From Catajapyx aquilonaris (lineage: Eukaryota), in the NCBI GenBank assembly GCA_000934665.2, contig KZ539118.1, positions 1 through 33,027 of the forward strand: a stretch of DNA of 33,027 bases, read 5' to 3'. Below, in pieces: positions 1 through 15,000 of this stretch. Every line of letters begins with the position of its first letter. Position 1 is the stretch's first letter. The notes beneath the pieces are model-generated. The model ran no database searches and was not told where the DNA came from. It saw only the letters and a program-made list of their open reading frames with translations. The translations under genes were made by a program, and so were the position numbers.

Positions 1-563
1 CGATGGAAAACTTTACTTATCGAGTCAGGTAAGCATTTCAAGTAAGTGTAACCGTTTTCTAAATAGATACTCCAGCCCTCTTGACGTCTAGTGACACTTG
101 TCAGTGTCACAGGTGTGGCTTCACGCCGCACATGACTGAACTGACACAAAGTCAGGCTCCGATAATCAACCCTCTTTTGACACCCGCCATCACCCTCCCT
201 CGACAAACACCTCTCGACGTGCAACCCCATGCAGCCAGAGGAAATTCGTCTAAAAAGATTAAGCATGACAATCCATCCCATCCCCGCCATTCAGACCAAA
301 AGTGCTGGAAATCCCTTCTGGGAAACTGGAAACCCACCAAAGTTTCGGAATCTACTCGACATCGCATTCCAACCCCAGTTGCTATGGCTCCTTCACCCCT
401 GAAGATGTATATCCTTTTGACCCTATTTTTTTGCTCTCACCCAAGAGGTGTAAACAGGAGATTCCTGGCGGCATTTTTGCGGCCAGAGGCGGCCGGCTCC
501 GGATTCAATATTCAATAAACCCCCATCCAAAATGTTGACGCCCCTCTTGTTCCACCTTCTACG

Positions 564-594
564 AGCCAGCCAGGCCAGCCAGCCAGCCAGCCAG
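564..594. repeat. Short imperfect (AGCC)n tetranucleotide repeat
   Basis: AGCCAGCCAGGCCAGCCAGCCAGCCAGCCAG. Confidence 0.8.
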
Positions 595-3500
595 CAGAGC
601 AAGATCGATCAAATGAGCTGCATCCCTAACTGGAACAAAGCCCTTTCCCTGGCTGGTACTGCGTGTGTATGTGATCTTCCCCAGGATTACAGAGGGGGGG
701 GGGGGCGATGTCAACGACACCTTCGCACGCTATTTATCTAGGGCTAGTCGCATGCTTGCCAAGGGAAAATTCCTAAACATCAAATGCTCGTTAACAACTT
801 GGGCAAAACTTGGCAGGTGGCGCAGTCTCCCTCCCTGTACACTACTGCCGTTCTCAGGCGTAAAGTCGTACTACATGCACGTTGGTGATGAGTCAACCTA
901 GTCAAATCTGTATTAGTATGCATTTTTTTTGATTCGGTACTACTATTGGACACGTGTGCTAGATCAACAACAGTTGGATATTCCCTGCCTTCAGTTTCGG
1001 ATATAGCCCAGAGCATGAGAGAGACGGGGGTTGATGGGCGGGGTTATACTGCACGGTAGATTACTTTCATGTCACGCTTTAGGCCCAATACCGCTATTTT
1101 TTGTGGGTGCCTTACAGGCTTCCCTCTCCCAACCGCTCTAAATCGCAAAAAGGTCCCCAATATTGAGCTGCTTACAGTGAGAGCCGTCACAGCATCCTAT
1201 TTCATCCCAGCGGTATTATGCTACAGTGCATGTCTACCTGTCTGCGAAAACACTGATGCCATAAATATTGGGACGTTTGCGGGCGAGAAGTTAGTGATTA
1301 ATGTGATTGGTTCAGTCTATGTGTAAAAACACCTCAAATTCTATTTTTAGCAGCATGTAGGCAGTTGCCTTTTCAAATTTTGTCCAACAATATTATGATG
1401 ACAATGTTGCGCTCTTTTAATACGAAAAGTAGATAGAGGCTATACAGTATTTCCTCTCGGGAGTATTACAGGCCTTGTTTATCTTCTTAACTTTTAAATG
1501 CACGTGTATACGAGTGTACTTAACTACGGGCCAACTTTCCAACGCTGTGCGTGAGTTTCTTGGGAGCAATTTCATCTCTTGGCTTGAAGCGAGCCAGCTC
1601 CCCTGTTCTAATTACACTCTTGTAAACTTCTTAATCCAATAACCGATAATTAAATACCCTCAAACTCTTTCAATTCGTCCGAATTTGTCAGTTTCATTAA
1701 ACCATTATTTAAATAGGACCTTTCATTATACAACTGTCTAATAAATTGATGCATTTCCCTTGTGCACTATTTGGGGTACGTGTTGCTTTGAATCATTAAT
1801 GTATTCATAATCAGTGGGACAGAACAAGGGGGGGGGGCCTTCATGTGAAGCGGATTAATATCGCCAGGTTTGCAGGCTGCTCTATAAGATGAGGAACTCT
1901 AACAATGTCTTTAAGGTGGTTTTGAAGGTAATCGAGCCAACCGGTGCTCAATAACTCAGACGTCTCGGAGTTCTAGAGGAGTTAGAAACTCCATCTCAGC
2001 TGAAGTGCTCGCTACAAACTCGCAAAAAAATGTTACAAGAATTTTCAATTCCAAACTTATTATTAACCCGCAAATTTTCAAACACCCTGTATGCAGGTGT
2101 CGCATTGAGAGAATTTTTTTCAACCTTTCTGAAAGTTCTGTCGGCTCTCTGGCAAACTGTGATTTGAGCTCCACACCTCCGAAAGTGACAGGATTAGTCC
2201 CCTTATTACTTCTGGTCTTCCCACCGCGCGTTACTGCAGTTCACAGCATGACAGCGTAATGCGGCACATTTATTTCCCCGGCGAAAACAGTGACATTCCC
2301 CGTGTGGGCAAGGTCCTGAGGCCGGCTAGAGAAAGCAGCAAACTTCAGGATGAAAAAAAAAATGCAACGTAGAGAACTTCCAGAGCAAATGGGAGCCTTT
2401 ACCCGGAGCATCCGGGAAACGAGCAATAAAAGCAGGCGGCCCGTCTCCGAATTCCTGCCCCCCCCCCCCCAGAACCTCGACATTCATTGCAAGATACGGT
2501 ACGCTTGCAAATGCACGACATCAACCAACCTCCCCTTCATATACTATTGTACTCTCAAGCCTCATACTCCCACTATTCATGACGATCGTCCATGCGTGGT
2601 GCCACAACTTTCAGCCAGCACGATGAAATAACATTGGTCTCCCTGCAATTGACGCGTACTGTTCGGAAAAGTCGATTCAAAATGCAAAAAAAAGGTAGGG
2701 CATCATGTACAAACTGTACCGTGGTATGTACTGTACGAGGGCTGTTCAATGTTTTATATATATAATAATTATATCGATTTATCGAGTTAAAATCTACCAA
2801 CCGTAACAATTTTTCAATTTATACGATTTTCAGTCACAACTTGTTCAATTTCCGATATATCGATACTTACATATATTTTGATAGCAACTTCAACATGGGC
2901 AAAAATATTTGTTTCAACTCAAATTAAGACGAAAATCTGCAATTATGGCCCATTACACATTATGACTACTTAGGTATTAATTTGATATTTTCCTTAATTT
3001 GCTTTGACACAACCGGCCATATAAGTGACAGCACGGTACGTTGGACTCTATAGAGTTTAAGCAAGGTTTAAAGCCAGACGCAGCAGACGGAGAACCGAAT
3101 TGCCCTAGGGACTAAGATGCGGCCGGTACCAAAATCTCTGCCGTCAAACCGAGCAAATTGTGATGGACATGCGAAATCTCGTGATATCACTCCTGTACGT
3201 GATTGCGGATCCTAGGCCATTTGCAAGAAAAATTGCGGTGTCGTGTCCCCGCTCGACTCTTTAAAAAGTGGACTAAAAAGTCCATCATTTTTGGGAGGTC
3301 AGGTTTTTTTGGAGGTCCGACTGCCCTTGGGATAATAGTAATGACCCCACCAGGTATAAGTAGGTCCGGGATTAGCATGACAAGTCCCAACTGAATGATA
3401 TTTATCGTCGCATCCATTCTTTTGTGGGCAATTTTTATGGCGTGAGAGCCGGGTATCAGTCGACAGTTGGCATACATAAAGTTGCCTGCTTCACAGTTGA

Positions 3501-6500
3501 AGAATTGCTAATGACACGCTTCCCACGTTCGGATTAACAAAATCTTAATTAGAAATTTTTAAACCACGGGATAATTAATAAAATCATATCATTCAGGGTG
3601 AAAAAAAGGCTTGAAATAACACCTGATCCATATCATGTAAAGGCATCATTCTGACTAAGATTTTTTGATGCCTGTTCCATAAATTTTTTTACATTCACAT
3701 TTTCAAGCAGTACATTATTTTATCCTAATGCAATAGTTGTAATATGGGTATGAATAAAAATGTCTGTAATTAATAATTTCATACTTCTTGAAAATCTATA
3801 CATACCGATATGAAAATACAATTTTGATACAATATACTCGTAAAAATCGATCCCATTTCACTGTATAATATCGATATATCGGCCGAATATCCTAGACGAT
3901 ATCGATTTTAGACATATTTTGGTTATTTCCGCCTCTTCTCCCCCATAATGAAGAGAAGTCGCGAAAAAACTGGATCCAACTTTCCCCCAGTTCCAAAGAG
4001 CCAAAGTTCTTCCCTCGGCACGTCCAAAATTTACCACTCTGAATAACTACTAACTAAATATGCTACTGAACTGTCCTTATCTCCCCTAGAAGCATTACCT
4101 AAGTTGCGAGACTCAGTTTGAAATATTGCCTTCTGTTCCTACACTACTGGGATCCGAACTATACAACAACACAGTTCCTCGCCTATAAATTAATTTGCTC
4201 CACGCAGACACAGAAAAAAAAAGTATTTTGCACACAAAGTTGGGAAAATCGTGGCCAATCCCCTGGCGATTCTAGCAATGGATTAACGGTCATCGCGGTT
4301 TTCAGGTTTTGAATCCCTGTCGACTCCACAGCTCTTTTTTACCTGCTGTGGCAGGTAGGAAGAGGACGGAAGGCACGGTTGGTTTCTTCCCTTTGGACAC
4401 GCCAAAGGAAGCGAGAACAAAAGACACGCGATAATATTTTTCACCCCCTTCTTCCGCTCCCACCTGGAAGTCCCATCTCCACACCTTCCCAAACTTAGTC
4501 ACCGCATGTAACACACACACACAAAAAAAGCAGTGATGTTCACATCAAAATGTGCGAGAAGAAAAATCCCTGCTTCTTCACACAGAACCTACATCATGCA
4601 AAGCGCCAGTTTTCGCCATGTAACAGTTGTAACATGCAAGGGTGTGGCAGATAAATCGTGCAGGCCAGATATAACGGACAATTGCTTTTTCATGTACCTA
4701 ATGATAAAAAGGGATGTGGGATATCACGCCAAATTATGCGAGAAATTCCACAAACCTTGCGAATCGCTGTGAACTCTATTGCACCGAATTAATGGCCATT
4801 ATTTCATATTCCGTACTTTTGAGTTCTCCGGCAGTTTAATCAAATACACGGTGGATAATTAATTCGTGACGTTCATCCGTTAATCGGCGAATTTGCAGTA
4901 GCAGCCGACGGCCAAAATCAGTCGTACAAAAAAGCGTTTCTGCTGGGGAAGCGCCTTGCATGGGATTATTGAACTTGCGCCAATGTAGCTTGGTTTACAG
5001 CACGCGGCACACTCTGCCTTGTCAATGTTTTTTAATGTCACTGCGGTGCTGCCATGGTTGGCCGTAACTTTGCAATCCGAAATTAATTTGCGGAACGTTC
5101 CCCATATACCCCCTGGTCAGTAGGAGGGACATTAAAAAGTTTGAAACTGCAGTAAATATTAGTTCAAAAAATGACCGTTTACTAGGAAAAGCGCCGCAAT
5201 ATTATTGATAACCATAGGTAGTTTCGCTTACGAATTTACCTTCGAGCACCCAATCCACCCTCTTCTCACTTCCGGAAATGCGCACTGATGGGAAGTTATA
5301 TGCACCAGGTGCACTGGCTGCTGTTTTAATATGCATCGGTGGATGCCCGAAGATGGAAGCGCCGCATTTGGGGGAGCATCACGATTCGGCAGTTTCCAAC
5401 CCTGCTGCTGCTGCCTGCCCCCAAAACTACTACATGGCAGGACCCACCCCTCATCAATGCTGCTGCTGCTCAACAATCAATACGTGGTGTACCATTTCCA
5501 CACCTACACTCTCTCCTACGCACATCTACACACTTTTTTTCAGCTCAATGTGCCTGCATTGGCATTCATGTCCCGATTTGGAGACGGGACGGAATGTTCC
5601 GTCTCAGCTCCAAGACGGACCACGAATTACGACGTACCGTGAGTGATTCATTTTTGCTCTCAGAGAATGGCCGTGCCTGGGCAGCCCTTTCTCTTCGGGT
5701 TTTCCAGGCGGAAGGGCGAGCTCATACAATGCATCAATGTCTATGGAAAGTCCACCGGGAGTTATTTCTATAGAGCTATCCGTTGGAAGAACAAGAGGAA
5801 AGAAAACAAATCGGGACAGAATTCATATAATAATTCTGGCTTCCCCTCCTTTATTTTTCCTGAGATCCTGAGGGATACCCAGGGAAGAATATGACGCATC
5901 CAAGCAGCAGGTAAAACAAAGTAGCAAGTCCCTAGAATCAAATCAATTGCATACAACTTTCTTTCTCAACAAATTTTTTTTGTGTTCTTCCAACTACGAT
6001 CAATCCTTGCCATAGACGTTGTTTGCTAGCTGCAATCAGAAACATCCCTATATCTTTTAGAGCAGAGGAGCCAAAAAAAAAAGTTGAAAAATGTTAGGGA
6101 TGAAAATTATTGCCTGACTGGTCAAGCCAAATTCTTTGGTAGGAAGTTATATGCCCTGTGATCTGTTGGGATTACTCACGCGTCGCTTGGGTTTTCAATT
6201 CAAAAGTTTCCTGCCAACTTTTCTGGTTAATTAGTTCTCGCTGAAAATCTGAGGGGTTTTGAACTGCCTGAAATTTTTTCGGCAGAAAAATTTGCCCTAA
6301 TTACAAGTTTGCCTTTGGTTGAGGCGTCAGAACTTCAGAGAGACGTCAAAAAAGGCAGGTGTTTGACGCAAAAACATGCCTGAAGCTGTGTTCACGTCCA
6401 ATGCAGACAGATCCTAAACTGTATAAAGGGGCTGTAAATGAAGTTAAATGCTAAACTCAGCTAAATGGTACAAGCTCCACAGCGAGGCCCAGTTCTCACA

Positions 6501-9015
6501 GCAAGACGGAATAACGAAGGGCATTAAGGAAGCAAGTTAAGTGTGACAAAAGCTGACAGAGAGCATGACAGCACCTGGAGCCCAGGAGAAAATTAATGCA
6601 ACATTTCCCCGAGTAAATTTGCCCATTGTTCGCATAAATCCCACAAGCATAGCCCAAGCTCCAGTGGAAATTGGATGGGGAAAACGAGGCGTTCGGAGTG
6701 GATATATTTCGAATTTGTGCTAGTCTGTGTAAAGCCTTCTGCCTGCTCTTGTACACGTTCGTGCCCGGTGGGTCGAATGAACTCGATTCATCTTCACAGC
6801 AGTTCTCATCACAGGAGGAAGGCTCGTTTGGACTGGCCCAAATGACTTCCAACAAACTTTGTATGTGCATGTGTGCATGCGAGGCATGGGTCATTTTGCG
6901 ACCACGTTTTCGGCACAAAGTGCTAAATTTGGAGGTCCAACTACACGATGCTGAAGAAACTGGCGGATATTCTAGGAGAAGAGCCGCTGTTTGTGGTGGT
7001 CGTTTCAGGCAAAGATGGTTCAGGAGAAGATCCATAGCGCCAATAGATGTCGCCACTATCGCGAAAAATGGCGCCGCATTTTTCGTCCCCAACAACAATC
7101 AAGTGTAATGCTGCCAATTGATAGATCAGGCCACACCCAGTAGTAAAGGGCTTGAATCGAGCTTTTCACATCTAAGTGCTGGGGTTTACTACACCGGATG
7201 AGGAAACTAGCCGACGGGAAAGGAGGAAATTCCGGAGGTCGGCCGCCATTTGAGGCGTCGTTTGAGTGCACGTGCTTCCAGGACCAGCCAGGCTAGGGCC
7301 AACCCAAATCCTCTGTGATCCTGGCAGCACAAGGACCGTAAACCAGACAGCCCTTTCTAATAGGCCACCTGCATTACAGGGGACTAACTCTGCAAAGTGC
7401 TCTCAACCTGGGAAACCAATCAAGCGCTCCAAAATAATTTCCCGCCCAATTAGCCCATCGTTCCTCGTTCCCATCTCTTTATCTCCCGGAGAAGTCTCAA
7501 GATAGTTCAGGCTTCCATGGTCCAGAAAAAACAGCTCGCATGATACACGCAGCCCTACGCCCTCATTATGCAACCTCTGATGCTGTACCGTGCATAACTC
7601 ATGGGTTAAATGGCCGCAGGCTGTGGGATCGAAACACCAAGCCTCGGGTATAATAGTATCCAGTTTCTCAGCTTTTCCATAGGCGGAAGGTGCAATTAGG
7701 ATGGGAGCGTGGCGAATTCCTACTACCAATTACATGCTTTTTGGAACAAGAGGAGGTGGCAATAACCGGGGTAATCCCATATAATACAGCGCTGGAGCTG
7801 TCAGGACGGTGTCCCCTTAGCTCTCTGCAAACAGCGAACAGTCATTATGAAAATAAAAGCTGGGTAATATCCCGGGAGGCTTTGAGCCCTGCAGTGAACG
7901 TGTATGACTCGCTGACCAAAGCCGATATTTTTTTCATTCCATCACTCTCGTCTGCCTGGAGGGAATATATTCATTTTTCTGTACTGTTCGGGGGGGTGGA
8001 AAAAAAGGACGTTACTTCAAAGGTTTTGCGCTCTAACACTCGTGGACACGATAACTATTGGAATAGCAGCCATAAAATGAATCCTCAATCTGGTCAATGA
8101 GCACTGACAAAACTACTGCAACTGTTGATGGTTTGAGGGAAATGGCACAAATGCACTATACAATAGGTAAATCAATCTTCTAGCAGTTTTCTATAAAATG
8201 AAAGTGCATATAGGACATGTGACACTTTCCAGAAACGCACGTCTTTGTAATTAATATTTACATGTGACACTTCCATGTAATCCGCATATTGTGCCCTTTT
8301 TGCTCAGATCCCAAATTAATGAGGCACAAAACAAGTCTGTGAAGCACATAAGCGGCATCATGCACACTCTGCATATACACAACAAATATGTTGGGAAGCA
8401 CAGCGCCCTTAATAACTGCCCCGATGTTCATTAGCGGGTGACATACTGCTTAACACATGGCAACATGCTTCATAAACAGATCCCACGAACCCCCCAAAAA
8501 ATAAACAAGGCATCCCCTTTCCACGCAGAGGAATGCAATTTCCTCCCTAGCTTTGTGTCCACCACATACAAAAAAAAGTGAGCTCGCAGCAAAACTAGTG
8601 CACAGAGCACATAGCGGGCATGCATCCTTGCATGACATCCTGAGCCCAGGTGACGCCACATGAAGCCCACACATTCCCAAGGCGTGAGAAATTAAACTTC
8701 CAAGACACGCTGAATCCAGGGTGTAAAATCCTCTATAATACCCAGGGAAAAAAACCCCCAGTCTTGTATTTTCCTCCTAGGTTCACCCCCATTCTCTCTA
8801 GACATAGTATTGGGAATAATGATTCATTTGTCCCGAAGCGATGAAGCGAGATGTTCCAACCTTCCCCAGCACTCCCTAGAATCCCGAATTCATTCTGGGA
8901 GAATAAGACAATCCCCGCTTCCATTCGAAGCCCATAAGAAGGCGACGTGGCCAAGATGGAGGCTGCGGTTGCCATGAATTTTGCATGTCTCTGCCCTAGG
9001 ATTTTACTCTTCTCT

Positions 9016-9020
<5 letters not shown>

Positions 9021-9060
<40 letters not shown>
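9021..9060. repeat. (CT)20 microsatellite
   Basis: Perfect dinucleotide run read directly. Confidence 0.98.
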
Positions 9061-9063
<3 letters not shown>

Positions 9064-12000
9064 GAAGCACACAGGGGATGCTCAGAGAATTTCCAACGCT
9101 GCAGGGACTTTTAGGCACTCGCACGAATAAAATAAACAGAGTTCTCTACAGGGCAGGAACCTTCGCTCGATTCTGCCTACTTTATAGTCTCCTCCCATGG
9201 CCCAATTGGGCGAGGGGTTATGTCCCAACATAGCGCTAAACAATGGCGTTCGGTTTTTTTGGGGGCCAACTTTTTTTTTCGTTTTCCACCGCTTTTTTCT
9301 CTTTTCCGAGTCAGGAGCGTTATTTATGGTGCGACTGTACAGTATATCTTGCCTGAAAGACTATATGTTTTGGAGCTCAGGAGTTAATTGTTTTTTTGGA
9401 AGGCATAAATGGCGGGTATGATCAATCTTGATGAATCAGTTCAGCACCTTAATACAATACATTTTCCGTATCTTACAAACTTGGTGTAAAACATGCTCAA
9501 ATTTTCGACATTTATATCAAATAGTCAAAGTCCGCTGCCAGGTTTTATGTTTGGAAACAACAAAAACCGACCGCTTACAAATTGTTATAGGACGTTTAAG
9601 AATCCTAATAAATTAGCACAATCCATCTCTTTTGAGATTTATAGCCTATTTGTTATTCTCTGGTGGCGTAATTCATTTTCAATCACAGCGCTTCGTATAT
9701 ATCTTCACGTGCGATTATGTCGACGTTACAGCCACTCAATTACTATACATAATGAAGTGTTCTGTTAGTCCAAATCCTGCCTTACTCTTGCAAATATAGC
9801 CAATACTGTAGTTTCAGTACAAATTCGTATAACTGTAAGCTCTAAGCCTCCGAGCTGCTCTGAATTTTCAGGCAAAAAAGTAGCATGCTAGAGTACACAA
9901 AGCGAGTAAATAGAAGGAGCATAGCCCTATATATACGTAGTAAGACCTTTTGGTGCATTTCGATATCAGTAAAACTATAAACCAAGTTAGTTTCCAACAA
10001 GGCTCATTCTCCTCGGAGAGATGTAATATAAATACATATTACAGTAGAGACGAGATACCAGCCTCAAGTTTTAACTAAAAATTGAATTTTTTTTTGCTCT
10101 TTTCATTTCAAGCCACGTCGGCCGCAGAAAAATAATGTTCGACCGCAGGTACGATATGAGTAAAGTTTCTCCTTATATCCATCAAGATGGTTTTTCACAA
10201 TACCCACAATATGATTATCATTACGCGAGTCTCGTAAAGAGGCCTCCAATATTGCCACATTTTTTTTCCCTTGTTAAACTATGACCTAAAACTACAAGAG
10301 GACGTTGGCGCCTCATTTTACGTACGGTCCTGATGCAAAATACTCATAGTGCGAATGTGCCATAACATCAAGGGCGCATAAACACCTTATGCCAAAATAA
10401 CTTAATTTTCTCATTTATGATATGTTTATTGAGCAAGTAGCCAGGCGTGCTTGCAGCAAAAACTTCCAGAGAACCAAAGTTTACATTTTACGAGCAAAAT
10501 ATACCTACTTGGGTCGTATCGTGAGACCCATTAAATGCAAAGTTCGCTTCAAGATGCTGTGTACTGTACACCGTACATACGTGCCGCAAGTATGCGCCTT
10601 TTTAATTAACTCATTTATTGTAGGTGTACAGTACAATCTACTTTGAACATTGTTTGGATCCCTGAATTGGCTTGGGAGTTTCTCCCCGGTGCAGAGAGCA
10701 TCTGTATGAGGCATATGGTACTACGTCCACAGGGCTCGGTCGTGCGGGGTTGCCATGTTTTATCCAGAGTTTCTTCTCGTATGATATAGTCCGCAGTCCT
10801 GCTTATTGAAATAGCCAAGTCTGATCCCCGCAAGGCCGCTCACTTATTAGAGGCAGGCAGGGGGCGAAAAGGACCTTTGAACCCTCCCAGTTGGCTGAAA
10901 AGAGAAAGGGAAAGCAGTCCGTTCTCTCCAAGCCGAGAAAACGATTCCCTTTCAACGTCATCCCCGCGTCTCTGCAAGATAAGCTGCGAGACAGAGCGAG
11001 CGGGCAAATTGAGTTTGCCAAGTTCGTTAGCAAACCTAAGTGCGTATGCAAATCAGATGGAGGCAGCAGAAGCAGAAGCAGCTCAGCCAACCATTGCTGC
11101 AGTCCCAACCTGCTGCCCTCTCTCAGTTTTTTTTTTCTGATTATTTTCTCTACCGATTTTGGCAATGCAAAGCTCTCAACCAATGTCCGGGAGGCCGTCT
11201 TTCATTTGGGCTAATCAGAGGTTGCGAACGCCGACTCCTAATCATCCAGGAGGCGACAGCAAATTACTACTTTGTGTACGTACACACAATGAGCCCCGAA
11301 AATTATTTGGTATTGTCCATGGGCCTGATGAAGGGTGTTTCATCCTGGGTGCTAAGCAACCGTTCAGGTTCTTCGGTCCGACACGGTTGCTTGCTTGGAG
11401 GCGTTTCAAGCTGGAGATTTTACACTTCAATAAATAGTTGGTATGAAGAATTTATACTGATGATTTATGGTAGTTGGGAGGTGAAGCGAGTAATGGTCAA
11501 ATGTGATGCGGGTAAATATAGATGGGTGGGAGCAAAAATATTATATTTAAAAATAACGGTTTGCAGTTGTGTCGTTTGTGCAGTGGGAACTCGATTACGA
11601 GATCGCATCATTTCCAATCAATGTTCATTAGAGCGGGTGTGACAAACCGATGCAAATAGTGCGCTAATAAATTGTATTACACCTGTGTGGTGTTACGGCT
11701 GGTGGATGTCGGTCATGTATAGAAAGTGATGGTATATGAATATCAGGACATGTGATATTTAAAAAGAGCGATTATATTGGACCACAAATTGACAAACGAT
11801 TTCGATGAAAGTGAGTGTATACTCATAAAACTGCTGTAAACTGATATAAAATCTCGCGTTGAGTTTCCAACAGTCAGTGGGCTATTTTTAATGCAGGTAA
11901 TGCAGCCCCTGTAACAAGTTTAAAAATACTAGCATGAAAACCACTTTCATTTTTGTCCAGCTTTTAGTCGCAACTCATGTGGAAACCTCGTTGCCAATTT

Positions 12001-15000
12001 AGGTTACCGGATTCAGGGTATTGTTACAAAAGGCGGTGACAGGAGAAAGTTACATTATTGGCTTTATATTAAAATTCCTTTCCGGATGCCACTGACAGCA
12101 TAATTGTCGCGACATTCCTATATGAATATGCCACTCTATATACACATCCGAACCATGACTCACACTAACAGAATTGTTTTTCTATTAGAAGCTTTAGGTA
12201 CAGACTCAATGTGGTAGATACTATTCAGCTTCCGAATTCACTGGCCTCTATATGTCCCTATATTATTCAGCAAACGTACAGTACAACCTAACGTTATGAG
12301 CATACAGGGAATATGAATGCGTCCAAAAAGTGTACTGCACAACCACCAGCAGGCATTATGGGTGTATATACTCCAGCACACTTTTTCATCCTTGGCACAA
12401 AAAACGGTCGAGGGCCTCTGCAATAAAATTCGTACAACGAAGAGGTCCTTTCGGCGACGCTTACAGAAATAGTCCGGATATCTCTCAACACACGGTCAGT
12501 AAGCGTAATAAAATCAGCACAGGGCTTTTCAGCCTGGTTCGTGGCAAATGGACCAAACTCCCCCAGCAGCATCAGCAGCAAATGGAAATGGAAGCTTTTG
12601 GATGGTGCGGCTTTTGGGTGTTGGTGTAGCCTCCCTCCGGTTCGCTTCGCTTGTCAACCGTCGCCACTCATGTGTATAATCTGCTGGAGAGACGTGTGTG
12701 CGTGATGTCCATCATGTATGAATCGGATAAATTTGGATCCTCCCCCCGATCTACGCCCGTTATTATCTCGGCTGCACGCTATTGCCGACGACGACCAAGA
12801 GAAACACTGACCGATATCCGCCGACACGAACCTCAACACCATATCAATAACATCACCCCATGCTGATATACACCGTGTTCCAATAATTCAGCTAGTTTCG
12901 GTTAATAAGCTTTTTCGCACTAATCACTCTGTAAGCAGAAATGGCTGGTTCAACTAAATATTACTCTACAATTAAGCTAACACCATTAATTACAACAAAA
13001 AAATTGTAGGATCGTACACGTATTCAACGTCATTCTACTCAAAAAGGTGTCGTAAAATGAGCGGCAATTAATTCGCATCACGGTCCACCACTTATGCGCT
13101 TGTCATAATACAGTCCACGATATGCTGCCGGATTACACACCTGGGCAGAGCCAGAAAGGAAGCCTGAATCCGCGTAATTGGCTGGAAGCACACATTATTA
13201 GTGGCACAGCATACGAATTTCCTGTCACAGATGAGAAATTCTGTCGCGGGGACGAATCGAGGGGGGGGGGGGGGGAACCGAAGCCACGAAAATCTGTCCG
13301 CAAAACGTAGGTTGAAAGAAGGGATTAATTAATTCCCCCGCGTAAAATAGACAGCTCAGCGAATAAAATCCAACGCAAATATGCAACGTCTACTAATTAA
13401 AAGCTTTCGTCTGTATAAAAGCACCACCCTGCTTGGAAAAGGTGGGGGGTATCCAAAGAGGCGAAGGTGAGAGGAAATGAAAGGCGTCCCTGGTCTCGCA
13501 CTAGGAGGAAATGAGCGAACAAAACGCCCCCAAGGACTTTGCACAAGTCAAGCCTCAAAACTGCCAAGATTCTGTGTCCAGTTACGTACCATACCGTCGC
13601 TATCTGGCTCACGAGTAATGTCATTTTACCAACCTCACAAGGTACGGCCTTTGTGCTAGCCCTTTCCGGTTTACAAGAGGTGGTTCCAGTTTCTGAGGGC
13701 CTCTTCTTGCTCCAGGGACTGCTTACATTGTTTCTGTTCAACAATATGGGACTCGTTACTAATCGCCTAAATAGGCGACATGAAAAATCAGTTTAGAGAT
13801 TATCTATACGAAAAATCCTGGCTTCCTGGCTCGTTATTACTTCACCACAGCAGGCAGGGAAAAGGCGAATTCGTTTCTTTCCCAACACCTTGTATCTCCT
13901 TCTTCCAACCAAAGCCTCGAGACTGTTGTATCCTCCGCTCCAGGGTTAAAGAATGGGACTGGAATTGGTATTGATGTGGCCGAATGGGAAGGCAATTTAC
14001 GCCCATCCTTCAACCCCGTAGGACCCGTCTTTTTCCTCCACCGCACCATTACCCTCGACATATACCAGTACACCGTACGTTACAAGCCTCCACGGGTGAA
14101 CAACCTTCCCAAGTTTCAGACCCCCCAAACATAATAATCTAGTGCTTAGGCCTTCAGAGTAAATAATACATGTTGCCTCAGTCCCTTCTGTACAAAGCGG
14201 ACGGTAAATTAGTGCGTCTCTGAGGAAATCCATACCTATAGGTCTGAAGTGCTCGTTTGGACTGTTGGATCGATGTGAGGTGGTCAAGAAGTGGAAAGCA
14301 GCAGGGGAAAAGCTTTGTAGCCTGGCATATATACCCAAGTTCAACTACTATAGCAAACCATCTTCATCAAACACTGCGGTGTTTCTATGTGTACCTTGAG
14401 GGAGGGATGCAAAAGCACCTCTGATGCGGGGTTTGGGAACATGTCAACACTGGCTCTATGTCAATTTCCATGCCAAGGTAGCAGAAACTAGCAAGTAACG
14501 ACATTTGTCACGGGCTCTTTTAGCATTGCCAAATTCTATTACTGGTACGACTCAGAGTGCAAAAAAAAATCAAATCTATCGGCGCATTTATAACATAGTC
14601 GGCCAATTAATTTGCATAACAAGCCTCGCTTTCTGGTTGAAGCAGCAGGTTAAAAAGCGGGGGCTCTTTGCGTTAATTATTGGCACCGGTCTAGCTTACA
14701 TAATGCACTCCCATTCGTGTAACTAATTTAGTATTCTCTACAGGCCATTACCGCCCTCCCCATATTTCCTGAAAAGGGAATGGCCAATTTTCTTCTATAG
14801 CATTCGGTCACATTTCATCTCTCGCCTTTTTTTAGCAGTCGATTATTGCCAGCTCATTGTACTACATTCCGTTTTTTAAATTAAATACTAATTTAATAAT
14901 TCAAGCACCGACTGACATGTGTACAGAACCTTTGCAACCGAGTGTCACATACAGCCCCCCTAATTACCAGGGGGTTTTCAAATTGGCAACTCGTTTTCCA

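Noticed and set aside
6496..7108. Overlapping 200-aa (-) and 145-aa (+) ORFs
   Set aside because: No recognisable domain, coding-like composition or convincing splice sites; I found no SH2-like or other downstream exon of the minus-strand gene in 1-22769.
11040..11642. 200-aa plus-strand ORF with SVRHGCLL, faintly like the LINE reverse-transcriptase GVRQGC motif
   Set aside because: No recognisable (Y/F)ADD motif or other RT blocks; could be a very old RTE relic but cannot be supported without a profile search.
12651..12866. ISAARY followed by a frameshifted ADD, resembling RT YADD
   Set aside because: Needs a frameshift and lacks convincing flanking motifs; compatible with chance.
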